From contig NC_068983.1 in NCBI RefSeq assembly GCF_001194135.2, positions 75,167,956-75,220,543 of the forward strand: a stretch of 52,588 nt of DNA. Reading direction: 5' to 3'. This DNA is from Octopus bimaculoides (Eukaryota). Positions 22,799 to 36,810 of the stretch are shown here, piece by piece. Under the pieces are notes generated by a model. It was given only the letters and a program-made list of their open reading frames with translations. It searched no databases and was not told the DNA's origin. Positions within the stretch are counted from its first letter, which is position 1, and the number at the start of each line of letters is the position of its first letter. The position numbers and the translations under genes were made by a program.

Positions 22799-25700
22799 TC
22801 ATCATCTCTAGAACAATACTTTGTGCAAAACCAAAAGTATGGCACTCTAGTCATAACATCAGCTTGGGCTTCTAACTTGTTGTCTCTTGGGGTCTCTGAG
22901 TGAGACTTGAAGTCAACTTGTACAAAAACAACGCAAAAGCCAAACATAAAATAATAATAATCATTACAGATATAGATTTATCAGAAATATTCATAGGTAA
23001 TTTAGGTGTCCAGTGTAGCCACAACAAAGAGAAAGAAATAAGAAAACAAAAACAAAAAAAGAATCATTTCAATTCAACAACAATAAAATCTCTAAAATTA
23101 ATATTTTGTTTACATGCCTTACATTGAGGAATTGGCTGGTGGTGGAATAAGAAATTATGGTATTGAGGGTTTTTTTTACTAACGACAATAGCAATCATCA
23201 ACATCATTTAATATCCGTTGTCCATACTGGCATGGGTTGTTCAGTTTGACAAAAACTGGCAGGCTAGGTTACTAATTGGAAATGTAAACCTGTCCTGTGA
23301 GAAACCTATGAGAAACAATTACTGCAACATAGTAAGCATATCTTGAAAATCACTATTTCATCCAGTCACGGGCAAACTGCAGCCTGCAGGACTTTCTTAA
23401 TGGCACATCATCATCATCATCATCATCGTTTAACGTCCGCTTTCCATGCTAGCATGGGTTGGACGATTTGACTGAGGACTGGTGAAACCAGATGGCTACA
23501 CCAGGCTCCAATCTGATTTGGCAGAGTTTCTACAGCTGGATGCCCATCCTAACGCCAACCATTCAGAGTGTAGTGGATGCTTTTACGTGTCACCTGCACG
23601 AAGGCCAGTCAGGCGATACTAGTGCCTAATAAAAGAAATCAGGACGTTGGTGTTATAGTCAAGTCATTTGACTCCCTGTTGCATTTGATGTGTGTTCGTT
23701 TCATGTGAGTCTTGTTTTTTAAATTGTTGAAGGTCTACCGCACATGTAATGGAAAATAACCTTGAATATTTCTAGTAGGGTGGCCCACCTGATGATGAAT
23801 AAGCCAAGCCTCATGCAGCTTGTTTCTTCGAAAAAGTTGCCTAATTTAATCCAAAATGGTTAAAAGACAGAAAACTTGAAGGCCAGAAAACTCTGCAGTT
23901 TCTTGGTGTTTTACATGTTAATATGGAAACTCAAATGGTAACAAACATCAACTCACTAACATATTTTCTGATTTAGTGATGTAACATCACACACATCATC
24001 ATCGTCGTCATCGTTTAACAACCACTTTCCATGCTGGCATGGGTTGGACTGTTTGACTGAAGACTGGCAAGCCAGGAGGCTGCATCAGGCTCCAATCTGA
24101 TTTGGCAAGGTTTCTACAGCTGGATGCCCTTCCTAACGCCAACGACTCTGAGAGTGTAGAAGGTGCTTATTTCCATAGGCAAATGATTTATCAATATGAA
24201 ATAGCTAAAAGCACAAAAGTGAACTGACACTGTCATCTTTATGTTCAAAACAAGTTTCAAAAACATGCTTTTTGTGATTAATCTAAAAAGCCCTGTCTAA
24301 CAGTTTTTCACATATCTATTATGTATCCCCATCTCTGATGCTTTCTACAGCAATTTTATTTTTATATTTGCCATTTATTATTCATATACCAAGAAATTAG
24401 AGTGTAATAAACAACTATGTAGAAAGACTATATGAAATTCTTCTTTTTTAATACTCAATGACTAGAAATACCTGCTGAATATGAACTGATCTTCACAAAC
24501 CATTAAAAGTTCAATGTTGTTATTCCCGCCTTTTCATAAGCATTCACAAACCATATCACAATTGTCTGTCTGTCTCTCGTCCTGTTCACAGAGTTCTATG
24601 ATCCACTGGGATGGTCCCACATCTCTAATTTTTGTTATGTTAATCAAACTAAAGACAAATCTTTTCTTGAATGGATTACCAGAATACCATAAGTAATTCT
24701 TTCAATGGAGGGGAAACTACCCCAACATTGCAAACTAACAAATCATTTGTCAACTTTACAATACCAGTACAGGTATGCCTGCTTTGGATAACTATGCAAT
24801 TTGGGGTACTTATTTAGAACTAGATGAGCTTAGCCAATGAGTGTTATGTGACTTGATCACAGATATGACATCACAACCCAATCATTCTGTCAGCTGTCAA
24901 AAGCCCTTTTGTTTCAATCATCCACACTCATGTTCAGCCAGCCATTATTCAGCTACATTTCATTCCCTTTGCAAATAAGAAATCTTAAAATTTCGCTTAT
25001 AGTCCAAAGGAAAAAAAAATTATTTACTCTCTATCAAAGAAGAAGATAAAACATACAAGTATATGAAAATGTACAATGTCAATAAAGAAATATATACAGC
25101 TTTAGGAAAACAGAATCTACAAGAACTACATTGTTTATAAACATCTTCTATGGAACTAGTGCATAGGAAAATTCCACTATACTTAAGCCAGAAAGCAAAG
25201 CTACACAAGAAGCTTTTTATCAGCTATAAATACAAAGGTATTCTAAGGTATACTGATACATCTAAATACTTATCTATTTTGGTATATTTGCTGTTGTTTT
25301 GTAATAAGGAGTAAACTCACTAAACTTTTGTAGACGTAAAATATGGAAAATGGGAAGAACTAAGATAGCAATCCAAGCAGGGAGAAAATGACACACAGAT
25401 GAAGTCAGAGAATTCAGTTGGAGAGACCAGGTCATCATTACAATTTACTGTGATTAAGTATATGCTGTAGAGAGTATTTAGTGCAATGGTTTACAGAACA
25501 GTTAGAAAGGGAAACTCTTATTTTCCACATATGCATTCATACATACACATGAATATACACATACAAATCTTACATCCAGTGATAAATAGTAACTGAGTAT
25601 GAGGAAAGATGTAGGAAACCTTTTGTTATAAGTTTGTAGTTATAGTTACCTCACGTAATAGACAACATACATTACATACTTCCTGTTCCTTGTATGACCT

Positions 25701-28700
25701 AACCAAATGCAAGTCATTTTAAATGCTACATTGAATTTGCTACTAAGCATAGACAACTGTGTGACTATTATTTTGTATTATATATGCAGTAACTCAGAAT
25801 GAGAACTGATACTGGGTGGAGGGGTTTCTAGTGTCCTTGCATAAGACAACCCCTGTAGAGACAAGAGCAGACTGAAATGTACACAGTACACACTGTAAAG
25901 TGGTTGGTGATAGGAAGAGCATTCAGCCATAGAAAACATGCCAAAAAGTATAATGCACATTCAAGAACAGGAACACTGCAAGCTGTATCACAAGTTACAT
26001 GCCTAAGAAGGCAGTAACTCCAATTAAGAACTGATACAAAGTGGAGGGTGGGACTCTGGGACAACTTTTCTAGTATATTCAGTAAAGTGATTGGTGGTAG
26101 GAAGGGCATCCAGTCATAGAATCTATGCCAAATAAAGGAACACATGAGCAAGACATGGAATCCACTTTATGCAATAATCTAAGAGTGCAATAATTTAGAA
26201 TATGACCTGACACAGAATAGAGATCACATTTTAGTCCTCCTGCATGGGACAACTTCTAATGCTGGTGGTTTGACAAAATTGCCTCCAGTCTACACTATAA
26301 GACATACATAAACACAAAACTGATTCGTTTTCTCTGTTGCTGTGTGGGTCACATGACACAGCCAGTGACAAGTGAAGAGACCTGTCCCACCCCTGCCATC
26401 TTAGGTATATGGATGTATGGTGAACATTGGTCAAATTGATTCAGATTTTGATCAGTTATGAAGATACTTCGACAGACATTTTTTTTTTTTTTTGAGGGAA
26501 AGCCAAGTCCCTGAATTTGTTTTAGTTATCATATTGTAGATCACTGTTAGTACTTTAATGTACAATATGGAGGAGTTTTAATCCTTTTTGTGCAGTGATT
26601 AATTAATTACAAGAGTGAATCATTAGATTCAAACAAACTCACTATATACATTAGGTACTTTTTGGTTGTTTGAACACCCAAACAAACACATTTATATGCG
26701 TGTGTACACACACACACAAGTATATGTAATGGTTAATATGTTTTGTGAATATATATTAATTCAGAATTAATACAAAATACTGTAATTATAGTTTCTCTTT
26801 TCTGGTTTTTCAGAATATATATATATATATATACAAACACATACACACACAGATATCACTTCAAATACTATCAATTATTTTGATATTTTCATAACAAAAT
26901 TAGCTTTAACTAATTCTGTCTATGTGTATATGTGTGTTTTGTATGTAGATACAGGCAGAGTTTCAAAACATTATTCAATGCCAAGGGCCAAGAATTGTTT
27001 AAGGCATCTGAGATCCAATTATTGAAATTTCACTTTCCCAATCATCAGACTGGATACAAAGTGCAACTTTTTCTCCTTTTAGTCAGTGCTTGCTGTTCTA
27101 TTATTGAAGTATGCCTTCTATCTCATTCCTCTTACAAAGTGTTCCATTTTCTCAAATAATCCCCTTTAACTCTGAAACATTTAAACCAGCCACATCTGGC
27201 CCAAATATTCTCCCAATTCTATGTATGGTCAAACCAGCCAGATCTGGCCTCTCACACCTACCCTACAATGTCATTCTAAAAATATACAACTTTATCATCA
27301 AAATATCAAAGCTATGATATAATGCTTGATAAATTCAAAACAATCTAAGTAAATAAGCATAACATTTGACAGAGAAACCAGAATGCTACAGAACGAAATA
27401 CCATTTTTTTTTAGACGGTATACTAATATTTTTATCGGGAAATGCTAGTAGATGTCAGTCCATATTTGACTGTGCTGATTCTTCTCACTAGAATGGGGTT
27501 TATTAAATGCTTATGGTGTACATAGGTAGAGGCAAGAAGTTCGTATCTGGCCTGATGATCAAGAACATGAAATTCTGAAATTCAAATAACCAGATATGAG
27601 GAGCCAGTATGCAATAATCAAACATGCATATGCACACACACAATATATATATATATATATATATATAGTTTTAGGGAAAAGAACCAAGGTTCATGAACTC
27701 ATCGATGAATTGAGTTTTTACCTGTAAATTTGGATTTTTATCCCTAATATTATTATGATATATATATATATATATGATGTTGTTANNNNNNNNNNNNNNN
27801 NNNNNNNNNNNNNNNNNNNNNNNNNNNNNNNNNNNNNNNNNNNNNNNNNNNNNNNNNNNNNNNNNNNNNNNNNNNNNNNNNNNNNNNNNNNNNNNNNNNN
27901 NNNNNNNNNNNNNNNNNNNNNNNNNNNNNNNNNNNNNNNNNNNNNNNNNNNNNNNNNNNNNNNNNNNNNNNNNNNNNNNNNNNNNNNNNNNNNNNNNNNN
28001 NNNNNNNNNNNNNNNNNNNNNNNNNNNNNNNNNNNNNNNNNNNNNNNNNNNNNNNNNNNNNNNNNNNNNNNNNNNNNNNNNNNNNNNNNNNNNNNNNNNN
28101 NNNNNNNNNNNNNNNNNNNNNNNNNNNNNNNNNNNNNNNNNNNNNNNNNNNNNNNNNNNNNNNNNNNNNNNNNNNNNNNNNNNNNNNNNNNNNNNNNNNN
28201 NNNNNNNNNNNNNNNNNNNNNNNNNNNNNNNNNNNNNNNNNNNNNNNNNNNNNNNNNNNNNNNNNNNNNNNNNNNNNNNNNNNNNNNNNNNNNNNNNNNN
28301 NNNNNNNNNNNNNNNNNNNNNNNNNNNNNNNNNNNNNNNNNNNNNNNNNNNNNNNNNNNNNNNNNNNNNNNNNNNNNNNNNNNNNNNNNNNNNNNNNNNN
28401 NNNNNNNNNNNNNNNNNNNNNNNNNNNNNNNNNNNNNNNNNNNNNNNNNNNNNNNNNNNNNNNNNNNNNNNNNNNNNNNNNNNNNNNNNNNNNNNNNNNN
28501 NNNNNNNNNNNNNNNNNNNNNNNNNNNNNNNNNNNNNNNNNNNNNNNNNNNNNNNNNNNNNNNNNNNNNNNNNNNNNNNNNNNNNNNNNNNNNNNNNNNN
28601 NNNNNNNNNNNNNNNNNNNNNNNNNNNNNNNNNNNNNNNNNNNNNNNNNNNNNNNNNNNNNNNNNNNNNNNNNNNNNNNNNNNNNNNNNNNNNNNNNNNN

Positions 28701-30060
28701 NNNNNNNNNNNNNNNNNNNNNNNNNNNNNNNNNNNNNNNNNNNNNNNNNNNNNNNNNNNNNNAAAACAAAACAAAAAGTGCAATCAATACACCTGCAGTC
28801 AGTGCCAGGTGTGCACTATGAACAAGACTTGCAGACAAGAGTAGTAGAAACCCCATGCTATGCCCCTCCGCTCCACCTAGTGTCAGATTTCATTTTTCAT
28901 TTCCTCTTGCACTAATTATTATTATTGCTTTTTTTTTGGGGGGGGGGTTGCTTTCTGCTGCACAATTTATTATAATTACTTTGTCACACAGTGTAGATGG
29001 AAAATGTACTGAAGCATTTAGTCATCTGTCAAGTCACAACAAGGACCTCAGACAGATAACACTTTTATCATCCTCAAGGGTTTTCAACAAGCCGGAGTTG
29101 ATAAAATGAAGAACTAAACAAATGCTGGAATAGATTTCATCATTTGTTTCCTCTGGCAAAATGTGTGATTCTATGCCTGCGTTATAAATTGTTATTATAA
29201 AGAGTGATAAATGGTGAAGTAACAGAGAAATATACCTTGCTATACAATATTTAGTTTCATGCTTTCTACTTTCTGAATTAAAATATTGACAAAGTCAACT
29301 TTATTTACCATCCGTCTGGATGGAGATTAAAACAAAATAAAATACCAGTGAAGTACTGGTTGTATGCCTATGTTAGAATTTATTACTGTCGTTATAACTA
29401 GGGAACTAGACAGGCAAAAATCAGTGAAGTGGTAAAAAAATGTGCCAGGCCAAATTTAGTTATATCTCAATGACCTGGGTTCAGATCCTGCCAGTAATGA
29501 TTTTGCCTTTTTATCATTGCGAGATCTATAAAATAAATTATCAGTTAAATACTGTAGTTGAGTAAATCAACTATAACCCTCTCTCTAAGCTGGTAACTTG
29601 ATATAATCATTAAAGTATTAGACAGATGTTTTGCAGTATTTACTCAAGTATTTCCTATAAGGTGTTTAAAACCCTACCAAAATCAAATTTGCCTTTTGTC
29701 CTGGGATTGATAAAAAAAAAAACAGTTCCAGTTGAGGAGTGTGGACTGGCAGAGTTGCTAGAATGCTGAACAAAATATTCTGGCAACATTTTGAGTGCCC
29801 CTACAAAGGTGAGGCAAACTCAAAGGAAAATGAATGACAAGCTCATGGACAAAATTAACAGGGGTTGTTTGCCAACTTAATCATGCAGAAAGGAAACCCC
29901 TTTTTTATAAACCTGATTCCATATGATCATGCTGGAAATCAGCATTATTATTATTAGTGATGGTGGTGATGGTGGTAATTATTAAGACATTAATTTCTAA
30001 GATTTTCTGCTGTTCTGCTTGTTTTCTTTTGTTTTGTTTTAATTCTTCTGACTACCTTAC

Positions 30061-30102
30061 CTCAATATTTGATGATTGATTCTGTTCCCTGTCCTTCAGC
30101 TC
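30061..30102 (-). CDS. Small symmetric exon; ELKDREQNQSSNIE
   Basis: Acceptor atttttcttctaaccattaccttggcag| with a ctaac branch-point-like motif, and donor gag|gtaagg. 42 nt, phase 0-0. Confidence 0.85.
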
Positions 30103-30992
30103 CTGCCAAGGTAATGGTTAGAAGAAAAATGATGAAAACCACATGGAGACAGTGTGGAAAGGAGAAAAGTGGGTGAGTCAAGAAGGATGGATGACAACTC
30201 AAAGGGGATGAAGAGGGAGTGAAAACAAGTCACTGGGATATGTTGAGGGGGTTGTATGAAACTTTCAAAATGATGGTTCCAGTATTATTGAGTAGTTGGT
30301 TTGACAACTTGCTTTCTTTTTTTTTTTTTTGTCTCTTTGAAGGTAATAAATGAAGTACTTCAACTGTTCAAAAAATGTAAAAATGATGTTTCCATTTCAT
30401 TTTGCTCATATAGTGATTTAAACAATATTTTACTTTTCATAACACAACAATCAACATAAACAATCACATGCCAATGAAGTAATCTCTATGTTGTCTTCAG
30501 ATCTGCCAGAAATAACAACCAAATTCCCATCAACCACATCCTACTGTCTTGGGAAAGAGGAGAACAAGCTAGATGTAGTCCAAGGCATACTTGTTAAAAA
30601 AAATATTTAAAAAAAAAAAAGGATGGCCACAGCTGGAATGCCTTCAATCATGTCTGCTCAATCAAGGTTATGTTGGGGTTAAACAATATAATTACAATAA
30701 AATGTAGCAATTACACCACAACCAACACAAAAACTAACATCAATGCCACAAACAACAACACCACAACTAATGTAAACACTACAGGAAAAGCAACTTTACA
30801 ATCAAAACCAACACCATATCTTAAAATAGGATGCGTTATGTATTAATTATATGCAGTCTTAGATACATTGAAACTATTTATCACTCAAAACCGAAAAGAG
30901 TATTTGCCAAAATTACATGTCAATTGATCAATGGTTTGATCAATTAAGACTGACTCAAGTTAAACAACAACTACTACAATAACTACAATATA

Positions 30993-32267
30993 TTGGGTCA
31001 TCACATAAAAAATACAGTTTTTTCAATTGCATGAACAAAAAGTTGGAGAGGGATGGGATAAACTACCTGCATCAACTTGCTATAAAAGCAGGTAGTAATT
31101 TACCTTGTTCTACTTTTAGTGCAAGTTTTGAAGAGTGCAGTTCGATTTTAACAGTTATTTTTTTAAAGCTATAATGGAAGTAACAAAGGAGCATATTCAG
31201 CTTATTTTATTTCATGAGTTCAATAAAGACAACAACGCAATGTAAAGTGTGGGGAATATTAATGCAGTAAATGAGGATCAGACAATAAGCGTAAGCCAGT
31301 GTCAACAGTGGTTCCAGAAATTAAGAGCCGGAAACTACAGCCTAGAAGGCAAGCCTCATCCTGGAAGATCTGGAGAGCTTGATGAGGACGTCCTGCAAAC
31401 CCTGGTGGAACAAAATTCGATTGTAACTGTCGAGGAACTAGCAGAGAAGCTTGGATTTGGTTATTCAACCATTCATTGATGCCTGTGTGCCATTAGAAAA
31501 GTCAGCAAATTGGGTCAATGAGTTCCTCACAAACTTTCCCAGTCTAATATCGCTTACAGAGAATGAATGTGCGCTTTTCTTTGCTGTCACATTTCAGGAA
31601 TGAACCTTTTTTTTTTTTTTTGGACCAAATAGTAATTGGTAACAAGAAATGGGTTCTCTATAAAAATGTCAAGTGTCGAAGACAGTGGGTAGGGAAAGGA
31701 GAAACACCGGCACCCCAGGCCAAAAAAGGTTTTCACCCATGTAAGGTGTTGTTAACTGTTTGGTAGGATATGAAAGGTTTAGTCCACTTTGAACTTATAA
31801 ACTCAAACCAAACGATAATAAAGGAGATCTACTGCGAGCAGCTTGAACGGCTTAAGTCAGCTCTGGTTTCAAGCCGAAAGCTATTCCTCCATCAGGATAA
31901 TACTTGGCCATACACAGCGAAGATGAAATTCCAAAGGCTGGAGCAGTTTGAATGAGAAATGATGCCCCACCCACTATATTCACTGGACATAACCCCATCT
32001 GATTATAATTTATTCCACAGTCTTCAAAATATCACTTGGACAGAAAAAATACGAATTCTGTAGATGAGGTCAGAACAGTACTGGAGGAATATTTTTCGTC
32101 ACAGACAAGTGAATTTTGGAAGAAAGGCCTTGTAAGTCTACCAGAGAGATGGAAGAGTATTGCAGAAACTGAAGGGAAGTATATTTTAGATTAAAAAAGA
32201 ACTTTGTTTATCTTAATGTTGAAAAATAATAGCATTAAAAAACCGCATTATTTATGGGATAACCCAA
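30993..32267 (+). mobile_element. Full-length (1275 bp) inactive mariner transposon
   Basis: Imperfect ~30-bp TIRs ttgggtcatcacataaaaaatacagttttt / aaaaaccgcattatttatgggataacccaa. TA on the left, TG on the right. Confidence 0.95.
31174..32194 (+). pseudogene. Mariner D,D34D transposase pseudogene
   Basis: HTH region (QWFQKLRAG...GRS), *VPHKL (WVPHEL), IVIGNKKW (first catalytic D changed to N), HQDN, and YSLDITPSDY (YSPDLAPSDY). Several stops and at least one frameshift between 31479 and 31563. Confidence 0.95.
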
Positions 32268-33290
32268 TGTTTGATAATGCAGTCCAAGATATATGGTATG
32301 TGAGAAAGAAGAAACATGGGACTGGTGACAATCACAATGTTTTTAATTCATAAGTCCAAGGTTGATCTAGGATTAAACTACTGCTACAACTACTAGCCAA
32401 CAAACATCTGTTAGATGATGATGTTCTAGACACACTGTGCTCCCCTACCCCACCCCCAAAAAAGAAGGAAGAGAAAAATTCAGAGTTCCTCACAGCTGGA
32501 ATATCTCTGATTATAGATCTACTTGACCAAAGTAGACTAAGAGAAGCTAAAACAAGAACAAGCAACAAAGCCCTCAAACACTAATGGTAAAGAAAATATA
32601 AGAAGAAATAATAATAATAATAATAATAATCATAATAATAATAATGGACTTATTGTATAAAGTGCTCATCAGAAAAAAGTAGCCAAAATTGCATGAACAG
32701 TACATAGAATAATGCACTGGAAGTGAGTCATTTAAGGAAAAAAGAAAGAAAGAAGAAAAAGGTGAGGACATCAGGTATACTGTGGGAAAATTTCATGAAG
32801 CATGGAAGTTTTGACAGATGTAGTGACCCAACAGCCAGCAATTGATGCAGGTAGTTTATTCCAGGCTCTAAGTAATTCTGAGCATGAAAAAATGATTTTG
32901 TGCATTGCTTAACTCTTCTGATAGCAAAATACCCAGGGATGCTTTTGATTCTATGATACAAACTTTCTTGATTTAAAAAGATCTAAATTAAAATCTGTCA
33001 TCAAATTTCATGATAATTTGTTTCAAACATTAGATTGATAATAACAAAGTTATTTTACTAAATTCATCATGATTTTCAAAATTAATTAAGACAAAAGTAA
33101 TTTATCTCAACAGGAGTACGGTAACAAAAAGATTCAGTGATAACTAAACACAAAAGACATATCGTTGCAATTTTTAAGTGAGATACTTCACAACTGAGAC
33201 TGTCAAGAAGAGTATCTGGTCACTATTAGGATAGAAGGTGAAGAGGAGGAAATGTCATCCAGCTAGATAATTTCTTGGTCCAAAACTTCA

Positions 33291-33609
33291 TTAACCCATT
33301 ACCTACCAGTGATCTCATATGAGGTCACTTAAAAATTACAAATTTCGTAATTATCTGTCAATATTTACACATATCTAACCTTTTTGCTATATCTACTAGG
33401 TATATTTCTCTGATATTCAAATGAGGTTTGCTAATTTTTCACCCAATATCTAATATCTCGCTTATTTCTATTTAAAATGTTATTTCTAAATGTTATTTTG
33501 AAATATTATTTTGATCATTCCAGCGTGTTTCTAAGGCCGTTTTATGCTAGAAATCAAAGTTTCATAAAAAAAATTCCAGTTAATAGAATTATTGGAGGTA
33601 ATGGGTTAA
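33291..33609. mobile_element. Second TTAA-flanked piggyBac-type MITE (319 bp including TTAA)
   Basis: Ends ttaacccattacct / aggtaatgggttaa form a perfect 14-bp inverted repeat that includes TTAA. Confidence 0.8.
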
Positions 33610-34176
33610 GTAATTCAAAATTATCCTAACTCAGGTAGCATGACCATTAAAAAAATAAATAATAAACTAGACGTAAAACATTGACTATGCTAGTGTGTAC
33701 CTGTGTATGTATGTATGTACTTACAAATATATATATATATATATATATGAATGTATGCGTGTATGTGAATATACATGTATAAATGTGTGTGTCTTTGTGT
33801 GTGAATGTATGTGCATATATGTATGTTTGTATGCACACCTATGCATATGTATTCATGTGTGTGTCTGAGAGAGAGAAAGAGCACCACTATCTGTTAATAG
33901 TGATAACGGTCCAAGCCAACAAGGAAGCTATGAACCAAAGAGGAAGCCAGAAGACAACAAAAAAGCTTTGCACCAAAAGGGAGTCACAAGATACAGTCTA
34001 CGTGGTCACTTGACTTACAAGAAATTGCAACCAAATCTCCTTCATATCATACTCAAATGTCTCGGAAAAAGGAAGGATACATTGAATAACATAATCTTAT
34101 ATATTGCTATATCAATCAGGGTTAACCTAGGGCTAAATAAGAAATGCTAATGGTTTATGCCTAATGTGCTGAAGTA

Positions 34177-34277
<101 letters not shown>

Positions 34278-35312
34278 CGTGCGCGTGTGTGCTTACAACA
34301 GTATGTACCATTAAATAACTCAATAAAGCAGTGAACTGGCAGAATTGTTAGCATGCCGGACAAAATGCTTAGGGACATCTCATCAATCTTTACATTTTGA
34401 GTTCAAATTCCACTAGGGTCAACTTTGTCTTTCATCTTTTCAGGGTCAAGAAAGCAAGTACCAGTTGATATCTGGGGTTGATGTAATCAACTTAAACCCT
34501 TCCTTAAGATTGCTAGCCTACTGTCAAGATTTGAAATCAACGGGTAATGCACATGCACAACTGCAACGGTAACTGCAAAGACAAAAGATGGTCTATATGC
34601 GTACAGCATTAAATAACTCTTCATGCATGCATATGTGTGTGCATGTGTACATGTGCACACACATGCTAACACTACTCCCTCCATGTCAAGGCAAACACTT
34701 AGTCTCCATTTGCATACAGCAAAATCCAAGAGAATTTTCTACAAAGATTTTGGATTGCTTATTTCTGATCAATGACACAGAAGAGAGCGAAGGGTAATGT
34801 GACAACCACCATTTAGGCTACACAAAAACAAAAAATTACTGAGTTTTAACACTAATCCACTCACAGATACATGGGAATTTTTTCTAGTTGTGAGCTGCTT
34901 ATTCTCCTTCAACTTGGTAAGGAAGGGCAAAAAAATACAGAATATAGAATTGTTTTGATCGGATATACAATGGAATACTAGATGCAGATTTGGATTTATG
35001 ACACAGTACTTTATCCATACAATCATTATCACCTAACTAAAACCAAGGAGCCTCTACATGGTTAGTTAATCTGCTAGAAATAGCAAAAGTGATTCTCACA
35101 AATTGCACATGTCTTAAAAAAAGGAAGGATGGAAGATAATAAATACCTAAATACAAATATGCTTGATAGACAAGGCAGGATAGTGAAGGCTGACAGTCTC
35201 TTGATCATAGCTCTATCCAACCATGGCAAACTGGAGACTAAACATCTGCATCTCCAATAACTTTGTAATAGATGATTAGATACCATCAAATACTATTAAT
35301 AATGTTAATTAA

Positions 35313-35544
35313 TTAACCCTTTAGCATTTAAACTGGTCATATCTGGCCAAAATATCCTTCCTACCTCTCTTATGATCAAACTTGCCAGATCTGGCATCTC
35401 ACACCTACACTGCAATGTCATTATAAAAATAAGCAATCACATCACTGAAGTCTTGAAACTACAAGATGATGCATAGTTAATTCCAAACAACGCAAACAAA
35501 TAAGCATTACATTTGACAAAATAATCTGAATTCTAAAGGATTAA
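35313..35544. mobile_element. Intact family H MITE
   Basis: TTAA-ccctttagcatt ... aattctaaagga-TTAA. Confidence 0.85.
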
Positions 35545-36511
35545 ACATAAGCTAGAAGATGACAGAGCAAACAGACTGCCTAATAAAAAGCCTTGCTGTA
35601 CAGGCATGGTTATAAGCACAGAGGCCAACCAATGTTTTGTGTGTGAGTGAATTTGGGAGATGAAAATTGTGAGGAAGCCTGTTGTGATCACGTGTGTGTG
35701 AGTGTCTTTGTGTTTGCCCTGCCACAACCACCACAGCTTCACAACCAGTGTTAGCTTGTTTACAACCTGTAACATAGCAGTTTGGCAAAAAGAGTTCAAT
35801 AGAATAAGTACAAGGCTTAAAAAAAGTGTTTGGCTGAAATCCTTCAAGGTGGTGTCCCAGCATGGCTGCGGTCTAATGACTGAAACAAATGTAAAAGACA
35901 AAAAAGGAAGAAAAAAAAGGAAAGATATTGTGCGTGTGTATGTGTTGTTTAACCCCAGGTTCACCATAGCTATGACCAAAAGCAATCCAGCTTTGACCAT
36001 TTAGACATTGTGAAGATATCAAGAGACTATATTATCAAACATATATATCCTTCCAATTTTTCAAATAAGTGGAGTGAAATCTGGGAGAGATTTTGTTACT
36101 ATTTCTAGCAAGTGCTTGGTTGGTGGAGACAGTACCACAGAGGTGTGTGTGTGTGTAGAGGACTGATTGGAATGATTTAAGAGTTTGATTTGGCTTGTAG
36201 CATAATCGTTTAAAGACCCAGGCTCAACTGGAAGAGTCTGTGTAGGACCTGGTTGGCAATACTGCTCATAAACTGGGGATTATTTCTAGGTTTGCTTATT
36301 CATCATCATCATCCTCATCATTGTTTAACGTCCGCATTCCATGCTAGCATGGGTTGGACGATTTGACTGAGGATTGGCGAACCAGATGGCTGCACCAGGC
36401 TCCAACCTGATCTGGCAGAGTTTCTACAGTTGGATGCCCTTCCTAACACCAACCACTCAGAGTGTAGTGGGTGCTTTTACGTGCCACTGGCACGAAGGCC
36501 ATGTAATTACA

Positions 36512-36810
36512 ATGTCACAGGAAAGAATCGCAAGACAGATTCTTCAAGCAGGGTCAACCAGCAGGAGGCCTAGGGATAGACCAAGGATAAAATGAATAAA
36601 TGATAAAGAATCACAAAGGAGATTCTTCAAGTGAAGCTAACCAGCAGGAGACCTAAGGGTAGAACTAGAATAAGATGGTTGGATAATATCCATAGTCTCA
36701 GTTGGCCACACCTAGAAATCCAGTCAAAAAGTCTAATGATGGTTACTTCTGAGAGGACCATATGGGGGAAGTACCTGAGGACTCTACACTCAAGACCTTC
36801 TCAGGAATAG
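36512..36810 (+). mobile_element. RTE-clade LINE ORF2 C-terminal fragment with internal 83-bp duplication
   Basis: RITKEILQVKLTSRRPKGRTRIRWLDNIH...SERTIWGKYLRTLHSRPSQE* has the RPxGRPxxRWxDxI motif, preceded by a diverged duplicate of the motif. Confidence 0.8.

Noticed and set aside
22753-22947. Protein-like stretch QVDFKSHSETPRDNKLEAQAD (- strand)
   Set aside because: No convincing donor and no phase fit with the 30061 or 12081 exons.
23362-23392. hAT-like end ccagtcacgggcaaactgcagcctgcagg (also caagccgccactg near 40907-40919)
   Set aside because: Isolated single termini with no partner TIR found.
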